Source of the DNA: an uncultured candidate division Zixibacteria bacterium
GTDB taxonomy: Bacteria > Zixibacteria > MSB-5A5 > UBA10806 > 4484-95
Length of the DNA: 64,000 nucleotides
Assembly: GCA_963668625.2 (NCBI GenBank)
Contig: CAXXKA010000008.1
Span: 96,001 to 160,000, forward strand
Direction of reading: 5' to 3'
Part shown: piece after piece, positions 51,936 through 61,343 of the stretch
Numbering within the stretch: the first letter of the stretch is position 1
Layout: each line of letters opens with the position of its first letter
Made by a program: the position numbers and the translations under genes
Notes under the pieces: generated by a model
The model's input: the letters and a program-made list of their open reading frames with translations, nothing else
What the model was told of the DNA's origin: nothing
Database searches by the model: none

Positions 51936-53324
51936 ATGGAATTTAGAATAGAGAAAGATACACTGGGCGAGGTTAAGGTACCCGCCAACGCTTATTACGG
52001 CGCACAAACGCGAAGAGCCGTGGAAAATTTCACTGTCAGCGGTATGACACTTCAACCCCAATTCGTGCTGGCACAAGCGATAATCAAACGCTCGGCGGCG
52101 CTGGCCAATAGCGATGCAGGTTGGCTTGATAAAGAACTCAAGGATGCCATCGTACAAGCAGCTGATGAGGTCATCGAGGGGAAACACGCATCACAATTCG
52201 TCGTGGATATTTACCAGGCGGGGGCTGGCACCTCGCAGAACATGAATGTTAATGAAGTGATAGCCAACCGCGCCAATGAGATATTGGGCGGCAAGCTCGG
52301 TGACAACCAGCCGGTCAATCCCAACGATCATGTTAACATGGGGCAGTCGACAAACGACACGATTCACACCGCAATTCATATCGCCGCCTACATGGAAATC
52401 GCGGATAAGTTATTACCGGCGGTTAAAAACCTTCAGAAGGCGCTCGAGCAAAAGTCAGCCGAGTTCGATCATGTCTTGAAGACCGGCAGAACTCATCTTC
52501 AGGATGCCGTACCGGTTCGCTTGGGGCAGGAGTTCGGCGCGTACGCCACCATGATGCGAAAAGACCACGCTCGTATCGCTCACGCTGCAGAGGGGCTTTT
52601 AGAACTGGCGATCGGTGGCAGCGCGGTAGGCACGGGATTGAACACCTCGCCCGACTATAAAAAGAATATCACCCACCATATATCGGAATTGACCGGCCAT
52701 AAATTCACCGCCGCGAAAGATATGTTCGAGGCTATGATGAGTTTCGATTCAGTGGTGGAGCTATCCGGAGCGCTGCGTGTGCTGGCCACCGGCCTGAAAA
52801 AGATCGCTGATGATTTCCGGCTGCTCTCCTCGGGGCCTCGTACCGGGTTGGGCGAAATTACTTTACCCGCCGTACAACCGGGGTCCTCGATAATGCCCGG
52901 CAAAATTAATCCGGTCTTGCCTGAGATGCTCAACATGGTAAGTTACCAGGTGATGGGTAACGATACCACTATAGTCAACGCCGCCCAGGGCGGACAACTA
53001 GAGCTGAATGTCATGATGCCGGTAATCGCCTTTAATCTTATTCATGAGATACGGGTGTTAGCCGGTGGCATGGATAATTTCACCGAACGTTGCGTTAGGG
53101 GAATAGTAGCCAACGAGGATATCTGCCTGGCCTATGCCGAAAAAAGCCCGGCTCTTGCCACCGCTCTCAATCCGAGTATCGGCTATTACAAAGCCGCTGA
53201 GATTGCCAAGGAGGCGCTGGCCAAGGATGTCACTATCCGTGAATTAGTCAAATCCAAAAAGATTTTGGATGAGGCCAAAGCCGATGAAGTACTCGATATC
53301 AGGCGCATGACTGAGGGCGGTTGA
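51936..53324 (+). CDS. fumC: Class II fumarate hydratase / aspartate ammonia-lyase family
   Basis: GRTHLQDA, GQSTND, signature GSSIMPGKINP; fumC versus aspA not fully resolvable. Confidence 0.85.
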   Translation: MEFRIEKDTLGEVKVPANAYYGAQTRRAVENFTVSGMTLQPQFVLAQAIIKRSAALANSDAGWLDKELKDAIVQAADEVIEGKHASQFVVDIYQAGAGTSQNMNVNEVIANRANEILGGKLGDNQPVNPNDHVNMGQSTNDTIHTAIHIAAYMEIADKLLPAVKNLQKALEQKSAEFDHVLKTGRTHLQDAVPVRLGQEFGAYATMMRKDHARIAHAAEGLLELAIGGSAVGTGLNTSPDYKKNITHHISELTGHKFTAAKDMFEAMMSFDSVVELSGALRVLATGLKKIADDFRLLSSGPRTGLGEITLPAVQPGSSIMPGKINPVLPEMLNMVSYQVMGNDTTIVNAAQGGQLELNVMMPVIAFNLIHEIRVLAGGMDNFTERCVRGIVANEDICLAYAEKSPALATALNPSIGYYKAAEIAKEALAKDVTIRELVKSKKILDEAKADEVLDIRRMTEGG

Positions 53325-53529
53325 TATACCATTAAGAGGTAATATAAAGTAAAACTGTAGTGATATAATATCAGATATTTAGTGGTTTAATGTTTATATA
53401 TAACTAAATATCCTCTTGTCGTTTTACGAATTACATTAAAATTGTAATAAATAGCTCATAAACACAACAATTCATCCGATAAAATGTATATTAAAGGATG
53501 AGCACAGGGGCGCTGTAGTTTACTTAATT

Positions 53530-54168
53530 GTGATGGTGAAATTGAAAAAGATAATTAAATTCGCGGTTTATTGCCTGATATATTTATTAGTGTTGCCATC
53601 GGGTTTAAGCGCCAGGCTATTGCATTTGATCTTCAAGTCTCAGGTTTTGTATCATCTGTTCGCGCAATTTTATAGCCTGTTCCCCGGTATAATCGGGACA
53701 GTCACGCGATCCTGCTATTACAAGCAAACATTGAGTCAATCGTATTTCGATTTGGATATCGGGTTCGGTAGCTACATATCGAAAATCGAGACCTCTATTG
53801 GCAGAAACGTGCTGATAACCGGCGGTACATCCCTGGGTAATGTAAAAGTCGGCGACCGTGCGGTGATTGCCAATCATGTTTCGATTCTTTCCGGTAAATA
53901 CCAGCATAACTTCACCGATCCGAATAAACCGATACTGAGTCAAACAAATAAGTTCGAGCAATTGAATATCGGCGAGGATACATTTATCGGTGATCGCAGC
54001 GTCGTAATGGCTGATGTCGGCAGTAAATCGATAGTTGGAGCGGGCAGTATCGTTATCAAGGATATACCCGATAATGTCGTGGCCGCCGGCAATCCCGCCC
54101 GGGTACTCAAAAGCCGAATCGCTGATCCTCAGGATAATTTAACAACGGATAAACAGCCATCCGTCTAA
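53530..54168 (+). CDS. Hexapeptide-repeat acyltransferase
   Basis: IGEDTFIG, VGAGSIV, AGNPARV. Confidence 0.88.
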   Translation: MMVKLKKIIKFAVYCLIYLLVLPSGLSARLLHLIFKSQVLYHLFAQFYSLFPGIIGTVTRSCYYKQTLSQSYFDLDIGFGSYISKIETSIGRNVLITGGTSLGNVKVGDRAVIANHVSILSGKYQHNFTDPNKPILSQTNKFEQLNIGEDTFIGDRSVVMADVGSKSIVGAGSIVIKDIPDNVVAAGNPARVLKSRIADPQDNLTTDKQPSV

Positions 54169-54253
54169 GATAATCTTTACTATCGAACAAAACATTTAAT
54201 ATTTACTTATCGTTTATTGAAATGTATTATTGATCTCATTATAAAAACGAAAG

Positions 54254-55288
54254 GTGTGGGCAGTGCGACAGACAAACGTTGCTTTCATATTCCAGCCGGC
54301 GGATGACTTGAGGCGTTATATCGAAAACGCCTTAAGCGATCTCGAAAAAGTGAATCTCATATATGCAGGCGAGGAGTCCGAACGGGAATATCTGCGGATA
54401 TGTGATGAGGCAGATATCATAGTCGGCTGGCGACCGAGCATGGAGCTATTGCGAAATTCCAAACGTTTCAACATGATGATATTCCCGGGCGCGGGCGCGC
54501 ATAGTATCGCCGCCAAGATCGGGGAGCTAAACAGGCGGCCTAAACCTGTTCTGATAAACGGTCATGGCAACTCGTACCTGACAGCCCAGCACACGGTCGC
54601 GATGCTTCTGAGCCTGACAAACAAAATCATACCGCATCATAAGTGGATGATCGAGGGCAAGTGGCGCACCGGGGATGACGAAGGCGCGACCATTCCTCTA
54701 CGGCATCGCCATGTTGGCCTGCTGGGATACGGCGCGATTGGCAGCACGGTGCACAAATTCCTCTCGGGATTCGATCTGGATTTTTCGGCTTTGCGCAATG
54801 ACTGGAACAAGCAGGATACGCCAACACCGACAGAACTGGATAAATATAGCCGGTCCGAGCTTAACGAATTTCTAACCGCGATTGATATACTGATAATCGC
54901 CGTGCCGGTCACCTCCGAAACTGACAACCTGATAGGCGAAACCGAGATTAATTTACTGGGTGAAAATAGCTTGCTGGTAAATATAGCTCGTGGCCGGGTT
55001 GTCGATCAGGCGGCGTTATACGGCGCACTCGAGCAGCGCTATCTCGCCGGGGCCGCCATTGATGTCTGGTACGATTACGCGCCGGAGTCCGATGACAAAG
55101 GGCTTTTGTATCCCTACGATAAACGTCACCCGTTTCACGAGCTGGACAACGTGGTGTTATCACCTCATAGGGCGGCCTCGCCGTTTAACGATTTGGAGCG
55201 CTGGGATGAGGTAGTGGAAAATATCAAACGATACGCTAAGGGTCGCGATGATTTTCTGAATGTTGTTGATTTGGATAAGGGGTATTGA
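54254..55288 (+). CDS. D-isomer-specific 2-hydroxyacid dehydrogenase family
   Basis: GYGAIG, NIARG, AAIDVW, SPH. Confidence 0.9.
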   Translation: MWAVRQTNVAFIFQPADDLRRYIENALSDLEKVNLIYAGEESEREYLRICDEADIIVGWRPSMELLRNSKRFNMMIFPGAGAHSIAAKIGELNRRPKPVLINGHGNSYLTAQHTVAMLLSLTNKIIPHHKWMIEGKWRTGDDEGATIPLRHRHVGLLGYGAIGSTVHKFLSGFDLDFSALRNDWNKQDTPTPTELDKYSRSELNEFLTAIDILIIAVPVTSETDNLIGETEINLLGENSLLVNIARGRVVDQAALYGALEQRYLAGAAIDVWYDYAPESDDKGLLYPYDKRHPFHELDNVVLSPHRAASPFNDLERWDEVVENIKRYAKGRDDFLNVVDLDKGY

Positions 55289-55305
55289 TTAATTGCAAAA
55301 AGTAC

Positions 55306-55333
55306 TTGACATTTTTTAAAAAATAGCGATAAT
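55306..55333 (+). promoter_or_regulatory. Sigma70-like promoter with no downstream + strand ORF
   Basis: TTGACA-N16-GATAAT. Confidence 0.65.
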
Positions 55334-55339
55334 GTAAGT

Positions 55340-55399
55340 AATCCACGTTTGTGGAGGTGGATGGTTGTATGGCCATCGCCCCCGTCAGGGGGTTTTTTT
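55340..55399 (+). ncRNA. Candidate DUF3800-associated small structured RNA
   Basis: Three consecutive hairpins (TCCAC-GTTT-GTGGA; GATGG..CCATC; GCCCCC-GTCA-GGGGGT + T-run) between the promoter and the DUF3800 stop codon. Confidence 0.62.
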
Positions 55400-56186
55400 A
55401 TGGAAGCAATTTCCTTCCGTAGCCATCGATTTTACCTGCAGGACTTCGATCATATTTAGAATCGTTTAGGATCTTTATTATTTTTTGACCGAATTTTTCT
55501 TGACTATATATAATCTTTTTGTTTTTGCTTAAAATCTCTTGTCTGCTTGGATGAGCGATTAAATCTGCTATTTGTAAAGCAGCAATATTGGAAGATTTAG
55601 GTTTAATTTTAAGCTGTTTACTAGTTAAAACCTTCGTAAATCTATCCTGAGCCACATAGTCAGTCCCCCTATTAAATAGCCTGAGGAAGGAATCTTTTAA
55701 TCTTCTGTCCTCCCTACCACCCCTAGATTCAGCCATAACATCACCTACAGACCCACCACCTTCAAGAAAACGAATATATCTTTCTGTAAGATTAGCAAGA
55801 CAATAATGATAAGGTTCATAATGCCAACGACTATATCTATTTAGATGCTCTAATTTATCTATAACGATCGTTATAACCTTAAAATCGATATCTTCGAATA
55901 ATTGCAGCAAGTCGACATTAAAAGATTTTTCAATCTCGTGTTTTTTTAAACAATCAAAAGGTGGCTTTTTATTAATTATTTCCTTTCTGTGAAATATGAT
56001 TGGTTCATCATATTCTATTGAAAAATATTTTCTTTTCAAATTATCTAATTTCGGCGTTAGTACATTTTTAGACTCCTTTAAATCAACGATTACCCCTGTT
56101 AATCCAAGATATCTATGCAATTCGTTTTCCGAGCTTTTTAAGTCTGAATTACCAGTTTCATCAATATACATACGATACTTAAGCAT
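55398..56186 (-). CDS. DUF3800-family protein
   Basis: YIDETG, H..EI, ESRG..ED, LQIADLIA, C-terminal GYGRKLLP. Confidence 0.88.
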   Translation of the reverse strand: MLKYRMYIDETGNSDLKSSENELHRYLGLTGVIVDLKESKNVLTPKLDNLKRKYFSIEYDEPIIFHRKEIINKKPPFDCLKKHEIEKSFNVDLLQLFEDIDFKVITIVIDKLEHLNRYSRWHYEPYHYCLANLTERYIRFLEGGGSVGDVMAESRGGREDRRLKDSFLRLFNRGTDYVAQDRFTKVLTSKQLKIKPKSSNIAALQIADLIAHPSRQEILSKNKKIIYSQEKFGQKIIKILNDSKYDRSPAGKIDGYGRKLLP

Positions 56187-56282
56187 TGTAGAATTATAAC
56201 ATAATTAACCTATTATAGCAAATATTGTTTTATTAAAGGTGTTGGTTGGGTTTTATTGGCAAGCTTAACTTAGCATTAAATT

Positions 56283-56537
56283 CACTCGTGTCCGGCCTTT
56301 CCATCTCGTTGCGAAGCGCTGCTTCGCAACGTGGCTTGTTTGCCTGCAGAATACGCATTCTACATGACTCAAGAAGGTTTCCTAGCAGCGCTTGGAAACC
56401 AGGCAACTAAACCTAACATAAGCAGGACATGTCAGGATGCATGATACGCTGAATAAAATAATTATATCGGAAAATATCTTTCACTAACAATTCCAAAGAG
56501 AAATTTAAAAATTACCGAAAAACACCGAACACTAGTG
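56283..56537 (-). mobile_element. MITE family A, full copy
   Basis: CACTCGTGTCCGG ... CCGAACACTAGTG with perfect TSD CATTAAATT. Confidence 0.92.
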
Positions 56538-56539
56538 CA

Positions 56540-57406
56540 TTAAATTATTAACTCAATAAAATTAAGCTTAAACTCGTTTTCATCTTGCACTGCTTTAAAT
56601 ATTTTTCCTTTATAATTTTGTTTTTTCAACTCAAACAGAATATTAGATGTATTAGCTTTTGATATTCTGAGTCCGAGGTAAACTTCTTTTATTACATCAA
56701 TTGGTAATTGTACTGTTCTTTGATAAAGAGGCTCGTTTTGATTTACAGCAAGTCTCCACTCTTGTTCATATTCCCATCCACTAAATTTAATTTCTAGTCT
56801 TTTAAAATATTCAAAAGGATTACCCATTTCAGTACTTGGAATGTTTTCTGGGTAATCGCTTTTGTATCTACATTCAAAATAATCTATATATTTAGTTTTA
56901 GGAGGAAATTCGCTGTAGAAATTCTTTATAAAATCACGTAACAAAGCTTTATCATACCCAATACAAACTCCTTTGTGTGAATTTGCATAATGTGACCACA
57001 TAAGTAAGTTATCTTTAATTTTAGATAGAGAAAATATGCCAATATTGTTCATAAAATGAGAGTTCTGATTATTTGTGATTCTATTTAATGCGTTTTCATG
57101 ATTCGTTTCAAATTCATGAATTTCAAAATATAATTTTTCTGCAGCAATGTTTAAATCTTTTTCAGTATGCTCGGGATATTTATTTATAAAGTCTTTATAA
57201 TAAAGTTCTGTCCATTCATTCTGAGACCACAAATCATATCTTGACTTTACTGTACAATCATACGGATCATTAAAATCCGCGGGCGAGGATAAATAAACCT
57301 CAGGTGAAGTTATCAACCTCTTATGATATTCGTTATCCCAATCTGCATATTTATACAGAATATCAGGAGCAGGCTCTGATTCTGTTTCATTCTTTTCGGA
57401 AGTCAC
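56540..57406 (-). CDS. DUF2971-family protein
   Basis: LYKY, FNDPYD, LMWSHYANSHKGVCIGY, K...WEYEQEWR, VYLG. Confidence 0.9.
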   Translation of the reverse strand: MTSEKNETESEPAPDILYKYADWDNEYHKRLITSPEVYLSSPADFNDPYDCTVKSRYDLWSQNEWTELYYKDFINKYPEHTEKDLNIAAEKLYFEIHEFETNHENALNRITNNQNSHFMNNIGIFSLSKIKDNLLMWSHYANSHKGVCIGYDKALLRDFIKNFYSEFPPKTKYIDYFECRYKSDYPENIPSTEMGNPFEYFKRLEIKFSGWEYEQEWRLAVNQNEPLYQRTVQLPIDVIKEVYLGLRISKANTSNILFELKKQNYKGKIFKAVQDENEFKLNFIELII

Positions 57407-57535
57407 AATTACCCCTTGTTTATTTTCTGCTATCAGTTAACGTTTTGCACATGCGTCAGGAGGGAAAGCGAAGCGTCATCCTAACGCTGGAATTGCTCCA
57501 CCACGGTCGAAACCACAGGGGTTTTGACCGACTCA

Positions 57536-57952
57536 TCAGCCAAGCCTCTTCGCCCGCTTGTCCGTATCTATCACCTCGATATTCAATCCCATCTTGCCGA
57601 ATACGAACGCTATGTTCTCGTTGTCGAACGCCTCTCCCGGCTGCGGCGGCGCGATTATCCGTAAACCTTTCGCCTTTAGCTCCACCAGTTGATCATCGAG
57701 GTCATCGCATTTGAAACACAGGTGATGAACGCCCTCACCGGTGGCAAGGAACTTGTTAAGAGGCGAGTCCTCCCCCGACGGCGAGATGAGTTTAATCTGC
57801 AGTGAGTTCGCTTTTTCCATGAACGCTACTTTAACTTTCTGACTGGTGTTAACCACGACCTCGGTGGCCTGAGTATAACCGAAAGCTCTCTCCCAATGCT
57901 CTATGCCTTTCTCGATCGATTTCACCGCAATGCCGATATGATCAATAACCAT
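57536..57952 (-). CDS. VOC-family protein (methylmalonyl-CoA epimerase-like)
   Basis: IDHIGIAV, EGVHHLCF, NIEVI. Confidence 0.88.
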   Translation of the reverse strand: MVIDHIGIAVKSIEKGIEHWERAFGYTQATEVVVNTSQKVKVAFMEKANSLQIKLISPSGEDSPLNKFLATGEGVHHLCFKCDDLDDQLVELKAKGLRIIAPPQPGEAFDNENIAFVFGKMGLNIEVIDTDKRAKRLG

Positions 57953-58024
57953 AATTACCTCACGCTTAAAATTATATTAGTTTTCTAAAATATGATTATA
58001 GGGGTTCGATTATGTTTCTACAAA

Positions 58025-58056
58025 GCAAAAACCCCTGGTAAACCAGGGGCTTTTGC
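58025..58056. terminator. Intrinsic terminator after Rrf2 gene
   Basis: GCAAAAACCCCTGG-TAAA-CCAGGGGCTTTTGC hairpin. Confidence 0.65.
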
Positions 58057-58078
58057 ATCCCATCTCATTACGTCTTAA

Positions 58079-58498
58079 TTATTGGGCGTGTGTGTAATGC
58101 TTGGCGTAGTTAATCGAGTCGAGCTTTTTCTCGGCCAGACTATCCTCCACCGAGGCGTATAACTTCTCCCAATAATTGTAAGAAGCACCCTCGTAGATCT
58201 TGTTTTCCTCACCGGGACCGGGGTTTCTAATCTTGTTAAAACGTTCCTGTACGGCCTCGATAATATCGAGGAACGAAACCTCACTCTCGGGCTTGGCGAG
58301 TTTATAACCACCCTGGACTCCACGGTAGCTTCTTAAAATACCTCTTTGAGTAAGCTCTTTAAGAATCTTGGCTAAAAACTCTCTTGGTACCCTTTCGTTC
58401 TCGGCTATCTCGGTTATCGTACAGAGTTTGTTGCCCTTGTGCGATGCTACGTAGATAGCCGCTTTGATGGCGTAAATTGCTTTGTAAGAGATTTGCAT
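58079..58498 (-). CDS. Rrf2-family transcriptional regulator
   Basis: FLAKIL..L...G...S.RG..GGY.LAK; lacks the three-Cys cluster motif. Confidence 0.92.
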   Translation of the reverse strand: MQISYKAIYAIKAAIYVASHKGNKLCTITEIAENERVPREFLAKILKELTQRGILRSYRGVQGGYKLAKPESEVSFLDIIEAVQERFNKIRNPGPGEENKIYEGASYNYWEKLYASVEDSLAEKKLDSINYAKHYTHAQ

Positions 58499-58670
58499 TT
58501 TGCCCTCCTGTTTATACCATTACTCAGCAAAATTCCTTCACAAATTGAATTGATCTACTTACCTAATTTATAATATAATTCCAACAAATGCAAGTACATT
58601 GCTGGCTTTTAGATAAACGATTCAACGATTTGATAAGTTCTGTAAATGTTACAGAAAGTAAGGGGAATCC

Positions 58671-59108
58671 GTGATGAAGCAATCAATAATAACATTTGTG
58701 TTAATGTCTTTTGTGTTATTTTCTAACTGTTGTTTGTTCAACAAATCGTGCCCTCAGGATAAAAGTAAATCCGATCCCGGGTACGATTTGTTAGTTGAAA
58801 AAGATGCCGATGGTAAGACTTTTTCAGTCAAGTCCGGGGAGGTAGTCGCAGTGAGGCTAGAGTCAAATCCCTCCACCGGTTATGCCTGGGAAATCGTCGA
58901 AAACGATTCGGAAATTCTCACTTTAGTTGATAAGAGTTTTACGAGCCACAGGAAAGCGGAAAAAATGGTTGGAGTTGGCGGAACGGATACATTCTTTTTT
59001 AAGGCAGATAAAAAAGGAACCGCCAACGTAAAATTCGAATACCACAAAGCATTCCCGAGTGAAGGGGATACAACTGAATATTTCCAGTTTAAGATTACCG
59101 TGAAATAA
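58671..59108 (+). CDS. Chagasin-family (I42) cysteine protease inhibitor, putative lipoprotein
   Basis: NPSTGYAW and VGVGG loops; signal peptide with Cys. Confidence 0.9.
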   Translation: MMKQSIITFVLMSFVLFSNCCLFNKSCPQDKSKSDPGYDLLVEKDADGKTFSVKSGEVVAVRLESNPSTGYAWEIVENDSEILTLVDKSFTSHRKAEKMVGVGGTDTFFFKADKKGTANVKFEYHKAFPSEGDTTEYFQFKITVK

Positions 59109-59210
59109 TTTTCGATTCATGATTAATTTTCGGTAATGGATCAACTTTCGGGATACGCTATATCACGACCCGTAAAAACCTGATAGGGATTCGAGACCGT
59201 TAAATAGATA

Positions 59211-59240
59211 AAGCCGGATCCAGCGAGGCAAGATCCGGCT
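59211..59240. terminator. Hairpin between convergent inhibitor and protease genes
   Basis: AGCCGGATC...GATCCGGCT. Confidence 0.55.
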
Positions 59241-59291
59241 AATAATCAGACTCAGGTAAGGGCCTGACTTAAGATGAGATAATTTCTTCCT

Positions 59292-60986
59292 TTATTTAAG
59301 CAACAGCATATTTCCGACACTCTCGGAATTATCCGTAACAACCTTATAGAAATAATATCCCGAGGGTCTGCCGTCGGAATTCCAGGAGGCGGTATGGTAA
59401 CCCGCCTGATAGTAACTATCGACGAGTATCTCAAGTTGACGGCCGAGAATATCGTAAATTACCAGGTTAACATGCGAAGCGGTTGGTATACCGAATTCGA
59501 TCGTGGTCGTACTATTGAACGGGTTGGGGTAGTTCCTCGCAATCAGCGTTTTGACCGGCAACTCGATTCCGGTGTCATCTATTCCTATCGTGGTCGATGT
59601 CCTGATACGAACGGCAACATCATTGACATACCCTGAACCCAGATCGGCCCAGGTGCCATCCCCGCCGCTTGAGCTTATATAGGTAGTAGCGGTTTCAATA
59701 GTGGCCTCGTCATCGGCGACTATCGGGTAAGCCGCGCTGCTGTTTTCGATTTTCACTTTCACATAGATAGCATCACCTGAGGTTAAAGATATCGGCGTTG
59801 CCAGGGCAACCGAATGATAACCGGGGGTGCTGAATGTCGAATTGTTCTGGCTGCCTAATAAGGTGGTCAGATCACTACCGTCGAAATCATCGTAAACCTC
59901 AATATCGAAATCAACAATAGCATCATTAGACCAGAACTCGACTCGTTTCAAATAGGTATTTTCACTCGGGGTAAATTTAGAGAGCGCGTAACCGATCGTA
60001 GCCGAGCCGTAGCCAAAGGTATTGGTCCAACCGCCCTCATCGTAAAAATAAATGTCTCCATTGTCATCGTAATTTTGCCAATCGCTCATATACGAGGAGT
60101 AATAGCCGATCAATGCCGAGCCGTATGCGATTGTGAAATAGCCGGCCTCTGCGCCATAGCCACAGGTGCCGCCCCAGCCAGTTCCCCAACTATTTTTCAC
60201 GATCCAGGCGCCTTGCCCGCCGCTGTGCGAAAGGGTGTCATCCCAACCGACGATCAACACGGCATGATTGGTTGCCGAAGCACCGGTATGATAAAGAGTG
60301 TATGAGCCGTCATAAGAGCCAAATTCCGAATTCCATGTCGGATCGGTGCCATCTCCGGCCCAGATAGAGGTGTACACCGCGCCGTATGTCTGAAGGGCGG
60401 TCTTTATATCATCGGTGGGCGCGACTGCTCCACCGCTAATGACTTCCCAGCCAAGCAGCGTTTTGATATAAGGGCAACTCGAATTACAACTAACATCACT
60501 GGCAACATACGGATCGCAAGTTTCCAGGACTGTACCATATTGGGAAAAGAAGCTAGCCATCTGGTAGAAATTACCGCCACCGCAACTGCCTTCGTAATAA
60601 TTACACTCTTTGGCATTGTTTTCGGAAAAGTCGAAAGTCCCCGCGCCATCAACCAGCATTCTCGATTCGATATTGCCCAGGGCGGCGAAAGAGTAACAGG
60701 CTCCGCAAACGCTCTGATTACGGATAGCGGTTATATCGCCGGATTCACGCAAATCGAAACGGGAGGGAAAATCTAAAATCGACGTTTGCATATCGCGATC
60801 ATAACCATCGATATGAGATAAATCCATTGGCGGCGGTATGAAACCCTTTCCCGGCTCAGGCTCCGATTGGATTTGTTCCAATCTTGGCCCCCGGGTCAAT
60901 TCAGTCTGGTCGGCAAATACTGTGACTATACCGAACACCAATATTATAGCTAAAGTTAATCCGGTGAAAACGGAATTTTTATTCAT
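59292..60986 (-). CDS. Secreted papain-family (C1A) cysteine protease with accessory beta domain and T9SS-type tail
   Basis: Q..CGACYSF, NHAVLIVGW, KNSWG; YPNPFN C-terminal domain. Confidence 0.92.
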   Translation of the reverse strand: MNKNSVFTGLTLAIILVFGIVTVFADQTELTRGPRLEQIQSEPEPGKGFIPPPMDLSHIDGYDRDMQTSILDFPSRFDLRESGDITAIRNQSVCGACYSFAALGNIESRMLVDGAGTFDFSENNAKECNYYEGSCGGGNFYQMASFFSQYGTVLETCDPYVASDVSCNSSCPYIKTLLGWEVISGGAVAPTDDIKTALQTYGAVYTSIWAGDGTDPTWNSEFGSYDGSYTLYHTGASATNHAVLIVGWDDTLSHSGGQGAWIVKNSWGTGWGGTCGYGAEAGYFTIAYGSALIGYYSSYMSDWQNYDDNGDIYFYDEGGWTNTFGYGSATIGYALSKFTPSENTYLKRVEFWSNDAIVDFDIEVYDDFDGSDLTTLLGSQNNSTFSTPGYHSVALATPISLTSGDAIYVKVKIENSSAAYPIVADDEATIETATTYISSSGGDGTWADLGSGYVNDVAVRIRTSTTIGIDDTGIELPVKTLIARNYPNPFNSTTTIEFGIPTASHVNLVIYDILGRQLEILVDSYYQAGYHTASWNSDGRPSGYYFYKVVTDNSESVGNMLLLK

Positions 60987-61343
60987 TCTTTCCCTCCATC
61001 AATAAAGGTATTATTCTTTTATAGTATTAAAATCGGAGGCATATATCCGCGCTTTAAAACAAACGCCTTAAAATACAGCGAGTGTTTAACTAATCGCTAA
61101 AATTGAAACCACTAAACGCTTTAATCAATACTCACGGTATTGATATTAATAGACTTGTATATATTATTATAATTATATTAATAAGCCATTAGTGACTATA
61201 TATAAACAAGTTAGTTATATTATTGAGGGGTTATGTTATTTATTGACTATTAGAAATTACCCTGTTATGTTATCTGCGGTTTTTGAGTGTTTCGGCATTA
61301 TGCCGAATTAATATTTCCCAGCTTTTGGTAGGCCGGGTTAAGG

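Noticed and set aside
57435-57490. TAAC-led hairpin upstream of DUF2971 resembling an integron attC site
   Set aside because: No matching GTTRRRY closing box, wrong side of the gene, and no integrase or second site in the window.
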